Shown here piece after piece: positions 18,185 to 27,522 of a stretch of 64,000 bases of DNA. The first letter of the stretch is position 1. Every line of letters begins with the position of its first letter. This stretch comes from a virus. Location: IMG/VR virus record IMGVR_UViG_3300021961_007031. One strand, given 5' to 3'. A program made the position numbers and the translations under genes. Below the pieces are notes generated by a model. That model had not been told where the DNA came from, did no database searches, and saw only the letters and a program-made list of their open reading frames with translations.

Positions 18185-19039
18185 ATGGTATTTAAAAGAA
18201 AGTCACAAAATTTAAAATTATTAGTTGATCCTGTGCCGTTGCTAGAATTTAAAAAAAATCTAGTTACTAACTATTGCGGCTCTGACACATCTACTACATG
18301 TTTGGAACCGGATTGGTGGAAAACATGTCCTGTACAAGATTTTAATTATCAATTTAATAGTTGGGGATTTAGAGGACCTGAATATGACCAATATTTAGGA
18401 AAGCCAGTGAACATATGCTTGGGGGATAGTGCTACCGTAAACATTGGTGGCCCAGTAGAACATAGCTGGCCTAGTCTACTACAGAAGCATTACGATATTC
18501 CATGTTTGAATTTTGGGATGGAGGCAGCAGGTAATGATGCAATAAAACTGGTTTATGATAGAGCTTGCCAGATATTTGATGTTAAAAAAACTTTTGTTGT
18601 TTATTCCTTCTTTCATAGAAGACTAGAAAATAATATTTTTATTAGTGAACCACATAACCATGTAGATAACATAGCCCATTTTAAAAAACATTTTATTAAG
18701 GACGCCTATTATAATTTTTTACCTTATTGGTTTTATAATGAAGAAGAATTAAATTATATTGGTAACTTATCACAGTCTTATTTAAGTATAGAAGAACAAT
18801 ATTGGGAGGACAGTATTCCTAGAAGTTTTTGTCTAAAGAAACAGTATAATATTTTAAAAGGAAATGACTGGCCTTCTTATGAAGATTTTATTTTAGGAGC
18901 CACCCCACATCCTGATATTTACACTACAGAATGTAGGTTGTTAACTTATTATTTAAGGAACAGGGACGGCGTCCATCTTAGTCTGTATGCAAACCATAAA
19001 TTGGCAGACAACTTATACGAGCAAAGTAAATTATGCTAA
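18185..19039 (+). CDS. SGNH-like protein (tandem paralogue 1)
   Basis: NSWGFRG, LGDS, NFG...AGND, RDG.H. Confidence 0.7.
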   Translation: MVFKRKSQNLKLLVDPVPLLEFKKNLVTNYCGSDTSTTCLEPDWWKTCPVQDFNYQFNSWGFRGPEYDQYLGKPVNICLGDSATVNIGGPVEHSWPSLLQKHYDIPCLNFGMEAAGNDAIKLVYDRACQIFDVKKTFVVYSFFHRRLENNIFISEPHNHVDNIAHFKKHFIKDAYYNFLPYWFYNEEELNYIGNLSQSYLSIEEQYWEDSIPRSFCLKKQYNILKGNDWPSYEDFILGATPHPDIYTTECRLLTYYLRNRDGVHLSLYANHKLADNLYEQSKLC

Positions 19040-19875
19040 TCAATGATTTAGAATGTTTTGAAAGAGCATCACACTATATAAAAAAATATAGTCTATCAGA
19101 CACCATCGATGGATGTATGGATAAGTATTGGTTTAAGAACTATCCTGTCCAAAACTATGATTACTATTATAACAGTTGGGGTTTTAGGGGACCAGAATAT
19201 ATTCAACATATAGGAAAACCAGTCAACTTATGTTTAGGAGACAGTTTTACAGTTAATATAGGCGGCCCTATAGAGCATAGTTGGCCCAGTTTGTTACAAG
19301 AAAAATATGACATACCTTGTTTAAACTTAGGCATGGATGGCGCTGGAAATGACGCTATAAGATTAGTTTATAATAGAGCATGTAAGATATTCGATGTAAA
19401 GGAAACATTTGTAGTTTATAGTTTTTTTCACAGACGTTTAAAAAAATGTTTTTGGCAGCCATATGAATATAAGTTTTCAAGCCAACCTCATGATCATGAA
19501 GAAAATATTAAACACTTTGAAACAAATTTTATTGATGAAGCACATTTTAATTTTGTACCTCCTTGGGGTTGGACAGAGGAAGAGTTACAGTATATTGAAA
19601 AACTATCTGAATGGTACATTGAAGACCTTGTTAAAGACACTTACTGGAACAATGATCTGCCTAGAAAATATTGTTCAAAAGAGCATTATGATAATCTAAA
19701 AGGTGAAAATTGGCCGTCATATGAGAAATTTATTTTAGGTGCAGACCCACATCCAGATATATATGTTGAACCCTATAGAGTAAGATATCTAGAGCATTGT
19801 AATAGAGATGGATATCATTTAAGTTTAGCGGCGAATCAAAAATTAGCCGACAACTTATACAACCAAACTAAATAA
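19033..19875 (+). CDS. SGNH-like protein (tandem paralogue 2)
   Basis: Clearly homologous to 18185-19039 along its length. Confidence 0.7.
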   Translation: MLINDLECFERASHYIKKYSLSDTIDGCMDKYWFKNYPVQNYDYYYNSWGFRGPEYIQHIGKPVNLCLGDSFTVNIGGPIEHSWPSLLQEKYDIPCLNLGMDGAGNDAIRLVYNRACKIFDVKETFVVYSFFHRRLKKCFWQPYEYKFSSQPHDHEENIKHFETNFIDEAHFNFVPPWGWTEEELQYIEKLSEWYIEDLVKDTYWNNDLPRKYCSKEHYDNLKGENWPSYEKFILGADPHPDIYVEPYRVRYLEHCNRDGYHLSLAANQKLADNLYNQTK

Positions 19876-19931
19876 AGACGGTAACGCTGACTGTGGTCAA
19901 GTTCACCGACTATCTCAAAAAGGAAAAAATC

Positions 19932-20459
19932 ATGTTACCCCGAAGACATTTCTTCACGGGGGTGCCTGGTAGTCGCTGGAGTGGCGTTAGCCAAGAAATA
20001 GAGTCCAACGACCTCTACGACACATCAGACCGCACACCCGAACGCACTTATTCACATAGCGAATATTCAGGACATGTTGGAGCATACTTTGGCACTGGCA
20101 TGGAATTTCCTGCAGACCTCTCTCCGGAAAACTTGGACGCACCCTACACTGGCACTGGCTGTAGGTTGCATAAAAGTCATGAGTGGGCGTATAAACTCAA
20201 CAAGATAGTAAAAATGTATCCTGACTCCTGGATTACACTTGTATACAGACCAAACGAAGCAAGTTTTGATTGGTGGAAACAAGCAGGAGGATGGAATATT
20301 ACATACCCCAATTATGATTTTTATGTGGATGATGCAGGCATGCGTAGACACATAGCAATTATGAATGATTGTATTGCAAAGTTTGCGGGCAAGCACCATT
20401 TAAAATGGAAGCAAATATTAAAACACAAGGATGTTTATGTAGCAACATGGAAACCCTAG
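19932..20459 (+). CDS. Sulfotransferase-like / P-loop hypothetical protein
   Basis: FFTGVPGSRWSG, KSH, LVYR pattern; start at ATG 19932 after AAGGA. Confidence 0.5.
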   Translation: MLPRRHFFTGVPGSRWSGVSQEIESNDLYDTSDRTPERTYSHSEYSGHVGAYFGTGMEFPADLSPENLDAPYTGTGCRLHKSHEWAYKLNKIVKMYPDSWITLVYRPNEASFDWWKQAGGWNITYPNYDFYVDDAGMRRHIAIMNDCIAKFAGKHHLKWKQILKHKDVYVATWKP

Positions 20460-21871
20460 TAGCACTCATAGCCGGAACCCTATACGGACTTGTAATTGGT
20501 ATTATACCCAGTGCAGGTGCCACTACGGGTTTGGTTGCACTATTTGGGGTAATACATTACTTTGTTAGTGAGCCCTATTTGGGTGTAGTGTTTCTAATGG
20601 CAGTTGTTGCTGCAAGTACAACAGGTGATAGTTTTACAGGTATACTGCTGGGCATACCAGGTGCTAATAGTGCTGCTGCAACAATGGTAGATGGGTTTCC
20701 ACTAGCACAACAGGGCAGAGCAAGTTATGCTATTAGTGCCGCAGTCACTACAAGCACTGTAAATGGTTTACTCTGGGGATGTTTGGTGTTCCTATTACTC
20801 CCCTGGTATAGCAACTTACTAATGATATTAGGCATACCTGAATTGTGGGCATTTGTAGTTCTTGCACTTGCCACAGTAGGGTTTGTTAGTAATAGTTTTT
20901 GGATAAGAAGTTTAGTAGCAATAGGTGCTGGTATATTTTTAGGGCTAGTAGGTGTAGATCCAGAAACAAACGCTCCTCGTTTTACTCTGGGTTGGTTTTA
21001 TCTACAGGATGGACTACAGTTAATGCCGGTAGTTGCTGGACTTTTTGCTATACCAGAATTAGTAGCAGGACTACAGCGTACAAGTACGGCTAGAATTGTT
21101 CACAGTGAAATTTGGTTAGGAATGCGAGTAACCTGGGAAAACCGTTGGTTAGCCTTGCGTGGCGGCTTTATTGGTGCCTTTATTGGACTACTACCAGGAC
21201 TAGGCGGCGCAATGGCGGACTGGATGGCATATGGTAGCGCAGTTGCAGCAAACCCTAAAGAACATTTTGGCCATGGAAATATCAAAGGTGTTATAGGACC
21301 AGAAGGTGCTAACAATGCACAAAAAGCCACAAGTATGATACCTACAGTGTTATTTGGTATTCCTGGCGCACCATTTGCTGCGGTACTGATGTCATTGTTT
21401 ATGTACTTAAACTTTGAACTAGGCACACCCGACATTGCTCAGGATATAGAATTTTTTACTAGTATGAGTTTTGGTTTCCTAGCAGCAACAGTACTAGTAG
21501 CAGTACTGTGTATAATACTAATGAAACCAATTACAAGAATCTGCACAGTGCCCTACAAGTATTATTTTCCAGTGCTGCTACTGGTAATAGTTTGGGCAAG
21601 TATGCAGTATACAGGCGGATGGGAAGATTTTGCAATATTAGCAGCATTTAGTGTATTAGGTATATTATGTAAACATTATAAGTTTAGTAGGCCTGCACTT
21701 TTACTGGCTTTTATACTTGCAGACAAGATTGAGAGTTTTACCCTACAACTCACAAGTCTTTACACGGTAGGGGATTTAATTACAAGGCCCGTGTTCCTAG
21801 TTATTATGCTGGCAACCCTGGGCATCTTTGCATACAGTTTGAAGAGAAAAGGATCAATCAATTATGCGTAA
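20447..21871 (+). CDS. tctA: Tripartite tricarboxylate transporter large permease (TctA family)
   Basis: Multi-TM; GILLGIPG...AAATMVDGFPLAQQGRA; G.LPGLGG; GPEGANNA...IPT..FGIPG. Confidence 0.9.
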   Translation: METLVALIAGTLYGLVIGIIPSAGATTGLVALFGVIHYFVSEPYLGVVFLMAVVAASTTGDSFTGILLGIPGANSAAATMVDGFPLAQQGRASYAISAAVTTSTVNGLLWGCLVFLLLPWYSNLLMILGIPELWAFVVLALATVGFVSNSFWIRSLVAIGAGIFLGLVGVDPETNAPRFTLGWFYLQDGLQLMPVVAGLFAIPELVAGLQRTSTARIVHSEIWLGMRVTWENRWLALRGGFIGAFIGLLPGLGGAMADWMAYGSAVAANPKEHFGHGNIKGVIGPEGANNAQKATSMIPTVLFGIPGAPFAAVLMSLFMYLNFELGTPDIAQDIEFFTSMSFGFLAATVLVAVLCIILMKPITRICTVPYKYYFPVLLLVIVWASMQYTGGWEDFAILAAFSVLGILCKHYKFSRPALLLAFILADKIESFTLQLTSLYTVGDLITRPVFLVIMLATLGIFAYSLKRKGSINYA

Positions 21872-22907
21872 ATTATTATTAACACTAGCACTAGTGTTTG
21901 GTGTCTCACCAGCACTAGCAGATTATACACTCGTTGTACCACAAAAGCCAGGTGGCGGTACAAGTGTCTGGGCACAAATTGTTGCCACAGAATGGGAAAA
22001 GCATCTAGGCGAAAAGATTGTTATTAAGCACATTCCAGGTGCTAGAGACATTCCAGGCTTTAATGAGTTCCATAACGAACTACAAAAAGACCCAAAGACT
22101 ATTATGGTATCACATGGGGGTAATGGCGTAAGTTTTCTACAGGAAAAAGTAGACTACAATTATGCTGAGTATGACAGCGTAGGTTTAATGAACTTGGATA
22201 TTATTTCCGGTATTCGTAAAGACTACAAGGCTGGCGAAAAGATTAAGTTTGCGGCTGGATCAGGTATGGTACCAGAAGGACTTGCTATTGCACAGTTACT
22301 TTGTGGCAACTTGGATAGTTTAGACGCATACACAGCCTGCTTTAACGAAAAAGTTACCTGGGTTCCAGGTATGAGTGGCGGAGAGCGTAGACTAGCATTC
22401 AAGCGTGGAGAACTAAACGGCACAAGAGAAAATCCAGCAGCATACAAGAAGCATGTAGAGTCCAACGCAGATGCACAACTTTGGTTTACACATGGCATTC
22501 TACAAAAAGATGGGTCACATGCTGATGACCCTAACTATCCAGGATACCAGTTTGAGATCTTATTTGAAAAGCAATGGGGAGAAAAGCCCAACAATGTGCT
22601 TTATCCTGCTTACAAACTAGTTAAAAGTTTCCGTGATGGTTTACAAAAAGCATTTTGGGTTAGTAAAGACAATCCCAATTTGGACCATTTGCGTAAGACA
22701 CTTACAGCAATGACTCGTGATCCTGCAAGTGCTGCCGCTATCCAAAAGAATGTTGGCAATTATGAATGGCTAGTTGGTGATGCTGGTAACAAACAGCGTG
22801 ACACTCTAATGACATTTATTACAGCAGATGCACTAAAAACACTAGTAGATTTTAACACCAGTGCTTTTGGTTTAGAAAGTGTTTACAAGCCAGAACTAGT
22901 TCAGTAA
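21864..22907 (+). CDS. tctC: Tripartite tricarboxylate transporter periplasmic binding protein (TctC/Bug-like)
   Basis: Signal peptide; LVVP..PGGGT...A; IPGA; GGE...A...GELN. Confidence 0.75.
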   Translation: MRKLLLTLALVFGVSPALADYTLVVPQKPGGGTSVWAQIVATEWEKHLGEKIVIKHIPGARDIPGFNEFHNELQKDPKTIMVSHGGNGVSFLQEKVDYNYAEYDSVGLMNLDIISGIRKDYKAGEKIKFAAGSGMVPEGLAIAQLLCGNLDSLDAYTACFNEKVTWVPGMSGGERRLAFKRGELNGTRENPAAYKKHVESNADAQLWFTHGILQKDGSHADDPNYPGYQFEILFEKQWGEKPNNVLYPAYKLVKSFRDGLQKAFWVSKDNPNLDHLRKTLTAMTRDPASAAAIQKNVGNYEWLVGDAGNKQRDTLMTFITADALKTLVDFNTSAFGLESVYKPELVQ

Positions 22908-23125
22908 TGGTAGTATATATCAAGTATGCCAGTGCAGTGACCATCCTTTGTGCGATGGTCCTGCATGTTTCTGGTATTACACCCTGGAACAGCGTCCTAC
23001 AAATGATAGGCGCAAGTGGTTGGATATATGTAGGCTGGCGCTGGAACGAAAAAGCAATTATTCTTAACTTCCTGCCACAGTTCTTCATTATAATTCCTAT
23101 GCTGGTATACCTTTACTGGGCATAA
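22907..23125 (+). CDS. Small membrane protein (3 TM)
   Basis: Hydrophobic; PWN...W..VG..W.E.A...LN; similar to 48250-48474. Confidence 0.6.
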   Translation: MVVYIKYASAVTILCAMVLHVSGITPWNSVLQMIGASGWIYVGWRWNEKAIILNFLPQFFIIIPMLVYLYWA

Positions 23126-23152
23126 ATACACTTATAAGGCAGGTACATTACT

Positions 23153-23680
23153 ATGGACATTAAACAAGTTGTAGAAAACACCAAGAAAATATATATGAGT
23201 GAAAGTAGTCTTGAATTGCTCATGGACTTTGAGCGTGTTCTTGACGAAGTAGACCTGTATGCGTTTAAAAACTGGAAGCGTGGAGAACTTGTTGAAGGGC
23301 CAATCAAAACTAAACACTGGGTAGAATGTACCTTTATGTACCCACAAAAGTTTATGCCTGATCCAGATGGTGGCAAGCGTTTATTGGGCTATCATGCTAT
23401 TGTAGAGTACAGGAAAGATAAACTTACAACACCAGTAAAAGTTGAAGATTATAGTGATTTTAGACCTGGAACTAAAAAACCAAAACTAAAGGAAGATCCT
23501 GTTTGGTTAGTTAAGATCCGTATGCCAGCAGAACTAGTAAAAGACGCACAAGAGGGCTTTGTAGAACTAGAGGGCAAAGAAATAGACTTGAGCGAACTAG
23601 ACCAAGCATATGATGAGGGTGTTCAGGACAGTGGTGATATTATGAATCAACAACAAGTTACACCTGGAGTACCACAATGA
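23153..23680 (+). CDS. Conserved-looking phage hypothetical protein (late)
   Basis: DFERVLD..DLYAF.NW..GELV.GP...MPDPDGG; CATAAATA upstream. Confidence 0.65.
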   Translation: MDIKQVVENTKKIYMSESSLELLMDFERVLDEVDLYAFKNWKRGELVEGPIKTKHWVECTFMYPQKFMPDPDGGKRLLGYHAIVEYRKDKLTTPVKVEDYSDFRPGTKKPKLKEDPVWLVKIRMPAELVKDAQEGFVELEGKEIDLSELDQAYDEGVQDSGDIMNQQQVTPGVPQ

Positions 23681-24225
23681 CCCAGATCACTGAAGGTTTA
23701 GAGCGTGATGATCTAGTAGACAGAGTGCAACCTAAAGTGCACTTTGACGAATTTGCTCCTAAAATGGGCAGTGATGATCAGGTTATTGTAAGCAGTTTTA
23801 TGGTATTGGGCCAGGATGCTGCATATGATTTAGAAAACTTTTTAGAAAAAGGTTATCCATGGATATTGGACGCCGAGACCAGTGCTGGCGAAAAAGAACC
23901 AGGTTACTATATTGTGTTTGTAGAAGCAGAGCGTAGAACCGGGTTTCCAGAAAAGTTCATGAGTTTAATAGGCGATTTACAAAACATTACTGGCATTAAA
24001 CCTAGTGATTGGATTATGAAATACTATCAGGGCACAAGACGTGATCCCAAGTATAAACTTACAAGCCAGAATATTATTACACACGTACCGCTAAGTCCGA
24101 GAAAATATAGACAAAACAAAGAATCAGAAAACATGCTAGAGAGCATGCTAAACATAGCAAGAGTTCCACGAAAACAAGGTGATACACATGAATTTAGACA
24201 ATCTCAGAAAACAGCTAGAAATTGA
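23677..24225 (+). CDS. Hypothetical protein
   Basis: 182-aa ORF coupled to the previous gene (ATGA overlap). Confidence 0.6.
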   Translation: MTQITEGLERDDLVDRVQPKVHFDEFAPKMGSDDQVIVSSFMVLGQDAAYDLENFLEKGYPWILDAETSAGEKEPGYYIVFVEAERRTGFPEKFMSLIGDLQNITGIKPSDWIMKYYQGTRRDPKYKLTSQNIITHVPLSPRKYRQNKESENMLESMLNIARVPRKQGDTHEFRQSQKTARN

Positions 24226-24628
24226 TGAAGGAGTAGTATACAAAGTATATTTAGACCACCTAGGGTATCCAACATTTGGCATAGGACATTTGATTAGGGA
24301 ATCAGATCCAGAACATGGCGAACCAGTAGATACTCCAGTAAGTGAAGACAGAGTTGTAGAGGCATTTGAACAGGATGTGCAATCAGTATTATCAGACTGT
24401 AATAAACTTTACGGAGACTTTGAAGACTTACCAGAGGAAGCCCAGGAAATAATTGCTAATATGATGTTTAACCTTGGATATCCAAGATTGTCCAAGTTTA
24501 AAGGAATGAAACAAGGAGTTGATACTAGAGACTGGAATAAGGCAGCAGATGAAATGATAGACAGTAACTGGTATCGTCAAGTGGGCGCAAGGGCCCAAAG
24601 ACTCGTAGATAGAATGAGAGCCATTTAA
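24188..24628 (+). CDS. T4-type (GH24) lysozyme / endolysin
   Basis: EG.....YLD.LGYPT.GIGHL catalytic E/D/T; NM.FNLG; S.WYRQV..RA.RL. Confidence 0.92.
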   Translation: MNLDNLRKQLEIDEGVVYKVYLDHLGYPTFGIGHLIRESDPEHGEPVDTPVSEDRVVEAFEQDVQSVLSDCNKLYGDFEDLPEEAQEIIANMMFNLGYPRLSKFKGMKQGVDTRDWNKAADEMIDSNWYRQVGARAQRLVDRMRAI

Positions 24629-24639
24629 GGAGCATAAAC

Positions 24640-24882
24640 ATGGCCACATGGAGAAAAGGACACGGCGTTGACCCTGTCGGAAACATTACTGAAGCAGACA
24701 TTGATACATGGTATGCTAGTAAAGATCGCACTATAGTAGCAGGGCATGACGATGCTGACAGTTATGTTAGAAAAGTAATTGTTGCTGGCATTGGTGTAGG
24801 CCACACAGTAAAAAACAAAGTTAAAGCAGGTAAGTTTTGGCTACAAATTTCAGGACCAACTATTAACAAAATTTGGCAGTGA
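24640..24882 (+). CDS. Hypothetical protein
   Basis: 80 aa, strong AAGGAG RBS. Confidence 0.6.
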   Translation: MATWRKGHGVDPVGNITEADIDTWYASKDRTIVAGHDDADSYVRKVIVAGIGVGHTVKNKVKAGKFWLQISGPTINKIWQ

Positions 24883-24886
24883 GACA

Positions 24887-25498
24887 ATGCGAATTAAAGA
24901 AATTTTAGAAGCAGTAGCCCAGGGCACAATTCCCCCTCAAGCTCAAAGAAAAGTACCACAAGGCACTGGCGCAATGCCAGACGAGTTTGGCGCAAGAACT
25001 ATGGGTCAGGGCACAGAAGTTAGTGCTAGTGGTAGACAAACTACCTATAACAAGGATGGTTCCAGTGTTAACACTAGTGCACAAGGTCAGTTTACTAGAG
25101 ATAAACTTGGTCGTGTTACTCAGGTTCAAACTCCTCGTATAGCTGGTCTTCAACAAACAAACAAGTACGATCCGGGATCAATTGGCAATAAGCCTACTAG
25201 TCAGTCAACTAATTTTAATTATAAGTTGGGTAAAGCTGAAATAGACGCTACTATGCCTGGACCTGCTAGCCAGGCTGATATCAATAAAGCTACTGATATA
25301 AAAGTTAAGTATGGTAATGCTGGAATGCAAGCAACTAGAGGGCCTGATGGTAAACTTACTACTAGTACAAGTTATGATTTTGGGCCCAATAAAGTCTCTG
25401 CAAAAGACGATGGCAGTATTGACGTTCTTAATAAAAAAACAGGCCAAACTTATAAGACATCAACTGCCGCAATGGCGGCCGGTAAAGACGGAATTTAG
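24887..25498 (+). CDS. Putative internal head protein
   Basis: MRIKEILE|A N-terminus resembling a capsid-targeting sequence; Gly/Thr/Gln-rich. Confidence 0.45.
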   Translation: MRIKEILEAVAQGTIPPQAQRKVPQGTGAMPDEFGARTMGQGTEVSASGRQTTYNKDGSSVNTSAQGQFTRDKLGRVTQVQTPRIAGLQQTNKYDPGSIGNKPTSQSTNFNYKLGKAEIDATMPGPASQADINKATDIKVKYGNAGMQATRGPDGKLTTSTSYDFGPNKVSAKDDGSIDVLNKKTGQTYKTSTAAMAAGKDGI

Positions 25499-25500
25499 GC

Positions 25501-25962
25501 ATGGGATTTAAATTAGCAGCAATTATGTTCGTTCTTATGCTCGCAATGGGTGGCGGTGCGTATTGGTATTATAATGATACACAAGAGCGCATGGCTATCC
25601 TTGCTGCTAACGAAGCAAAGGCTACTATGGCTGCCCAAACAGCAGAAGCAGCCACAAAAGCCTTGCAGGAAAGTTATCAGCGTATGAGTCAAGAACTTGA
25701 CCGTATAAACACACAGTTTGCAGCAGCAAGAGCAAACAATCAAGTACTCTCAGATAAACTTGCTAGACATGATCTAGCAGTGCTTGGGGAGAAAAAACCC
25801 GATACAGTTCAACGCATGATTAACAATGCAAGTGCAAAAGTATTAAGATGCTTTGAAATAGAAAGTGGTTCAAAATTAACGGAGGCAGAAACAAATGCTA
25901 CGTCAGGTAAAGCGTTCAATAGTGAGTGTCCTTGGCTGTGGCCTGGTACTCCTAGCCCTTAG
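25501..25962 (+). CDS. i-spanin (Rz-like)
   Basis: N-terminal TM, long periplasmic coiled coil, C-terminal Cys; overlaps a lipoprotein gene. Confidence 0.7.
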   Translation: MGFKLAAIMFVLMLAMGGGAYWYYNDTQERMAILAANEAKATMAAQTAEAATKALQESYQRMSQELDRINTQFAAARANNQVLSDKLARHDLAVLGEKKPDTVQRMINNASAKVLRCFEIESGSKLTEAETNATSGKAFNSECPWLWPGTPSP

Positions 25963-26374
25963 TGGATGTGGAAGTAAGCCCAAGGTCCTAGAGGTTAGTG
26001 CCAAGCCAGTCGAAATTCCAAAATTAGTTCTGCCCAAAGCAGATGTTCTAAATTTACAAAGCAAACAAGTAACATGGCATGTAGTTACACTTGAAAACTA
26101 TCAACAAGTATTTGATATGATCCAAAAGTCTGGCAGACCCATGACGCTGTTTGCAATTACAGATAAAGGTTATAGCAACCTTGGCGAAAATTTAAGTGCT
26201 ATTAGAGCATTTATCGAGCAGCAAAAGGCAATTATTGTTGCTTATGAAAATTATTACCAACAGAGTGATAAAGCTATCAAAGACGCCAATAAAGAAATAG
26301 AACAAACTAACGAAAACATTAAGAAAAACAGAGAAGCATCCGAAGGCTTCGACTGGAAAGGATTATTGAAATGA
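25895..26374 (+). CDS. o-spanin (Rz1-like lipoprotein)
   Basis: Lipobox LSGC followed by a Pro-rich segment. Confidence 0.7.
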   Translation: MLRQVKRSIVSVLGCGLVLLALSGCGSKPKVLEVSAKPVEIPKLVLPKADVLNLQSKQVTWHVVTLENYQQVFDMIQKSGRPMTLFAITDKGYSNLGENLSAIRAFIEQQKAIIVAYENYYQQSDKAIKDANKEIEQTNENIKKNREASEGFDWKGLLK

Positions 26375-26835
26375 AGAAATACCTAGTAGCCGGAATTGCA
26401 GTAGTAGCACTTTTAGCAGCAGGTGGCGTTGGTTACGCAACAGTTAGCAACGATTGTGGTTATGACGAAAAAGGTCAATTCCACAAGGGAGGCAAAGTGT
26501 ATGCATACGGTACAATGGCTGATGCAAAGAAGTGTGCTGAAAAAGGTATACTTCCTGAAGTAATAGCCAAGCGTTTAGGCGCATGGGGCAATGCAAAAAC
26601 AAAAGCAGAAGCTCAAGCAATTAAAGATTTAAATGCAAAAGTAATTGCAGATAAGAAAGCAGCAGAAGAAGCAGCAAGAGCCAAAGCAGAAGCTGAAGCA
26701 GCAGCAAAAAAGGCAGCTGAAGAAGAAGCAGCCCGTCAAGCGGCTGAGGCAGAAGCAGCTAAAAAAGCAGCAGCATTACTACTACTTCAAGAAGCAGCCA
26801 AAGCAAAGGCAGCAGCACCAGCAGAGGTAAAATAG
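26371..26835 (+). CDS. Secreted/membrane-anchored protein with Ala/Lys/Glu-rich helix
   Basis: Signal-like N-terminus; KKAAEEAAR repeats. Confidence 0.6.
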   Translation: MKKYLVAGIAVVALLAAGGVGYATVSNDCGYDEKGQFHKGGKVYAYGTMADAKKCAEKGILPEVIAKRLGAWGNAKTKAEAQAIKDLNAKVIADKKAAEEAARAKAEAEAAAKKAAEEEAARQAAEAEAAKKAAALLLLQEAAKAKAAAPAEVK

Positions 26836-26839
26836 ACTA

Positions 26840-27028
26840 ATGACAGGATATTTTTGTAATAATTGTGGACGCCCAAGTCATTGTAGTGCCCCTTTATATG
26901 AAGATTATCGTAATTGGAAAATGGAGTACATGGGACAACTAAGAGTATGTGATAATTGTAGTTGTCCAGCATGTACACAAAAACTGGATGATCTAGAACT
27001 TCCTCATCCAGGAGATATAGGTTGTTAA
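26840..27028 (+). CDS. Small Cys-rich metal-binding protein
   Basis: CxxCG.P.HC...CxxCxCxxC. Confidence 0.65.
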   Translation: MTGYFCNNCGRPSHCSAPLYEDYRNWKMEYMGQLRVCDNCSCPACTQKLDDLELPHPGDIGC

Positions 27029-27159
27029 CACAGGAAACAAAACCTGTGTGTCAGAATTGCGGTCACCCCTGTCATTGTGATACACTAGTTTGTGTTGAGT
27101 GTCATTGTATAGCATGTTTGCACAATGACGAGGAGACAAATCATGTTAGACATGATTGA
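27022..27159 (+). CDS. Second small Cys/His-rich protein (45 aa, TTG start, not in ORF track)
   Basis: GGAG RBS; CQNCGHPCHCDTLVCVECHCIAC, same pattern as the upstream ORF. Confidence 0.55.
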   Translation: MLTQETKPVCQNCGHPCHCDTLVCVECHCIACLHNDEETNHVRHD

Positions 27160-27442
27160 GCGTATGGCGAGCGATCGCCTCTGGATTTATACAAGTATTG
27201 CGGGTAGTATTGCAGGTGCTGCCTGTTTAGCCTATTTAAGCACTACACGCATAGGCTTGTGGGGATATGCACAGTTTGATAAACTTGTGGATTATCTTGT
27301 TGCTCGTTGGGGACTTACATGGCTAGAACAGCCCGACGATGCTTGGCGTAAACGCTATCCAAAAATTACTGCTAAGATTGATGAACTTGAAGCTCGTCTT
27401 GCTAGCCTCGAAAGACCCCCAAAAACAACTAAGAAAAAATAA
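27143..27442 (+). CDS. Small membrane protein
   Basis: One TM plus basic C-terminus; GAGGAG RBS. Confidence 0.55.
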   Translation: MLDMIERMASDRLWIYTSIAGSIAGAACLAYLSTTRIGLWGYAQFDKLVDYLVARWGLTWLEQPDDAWRKRYPKITAKIDELEARLASLERPPKTTKKK

Positions 27443-27477
27443 CATAACTTTAACAAAAGTGTAACAGGAATGTAACA
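27438..27477 (+). promoter_or_regulatory. Tandem Pho box (4 half-sites)
   Basis: TAACA at 27440, 27451, 27462 and 27473 (11-bp period; last two TGTAACA) directly upstream of pstS. Confidence 0.75.
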
Positions 27478-27522
27478 TACTCGTGTTTAAATAGTGGTAT
27501 CATACACACAGGGAGACACAGT

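Noticed and set aside
26640-26830. GCA-rich repeats as a DNA repeat element
   Set aside because: Explained by an Ala/Glu/Lys-rich helical coding sequence
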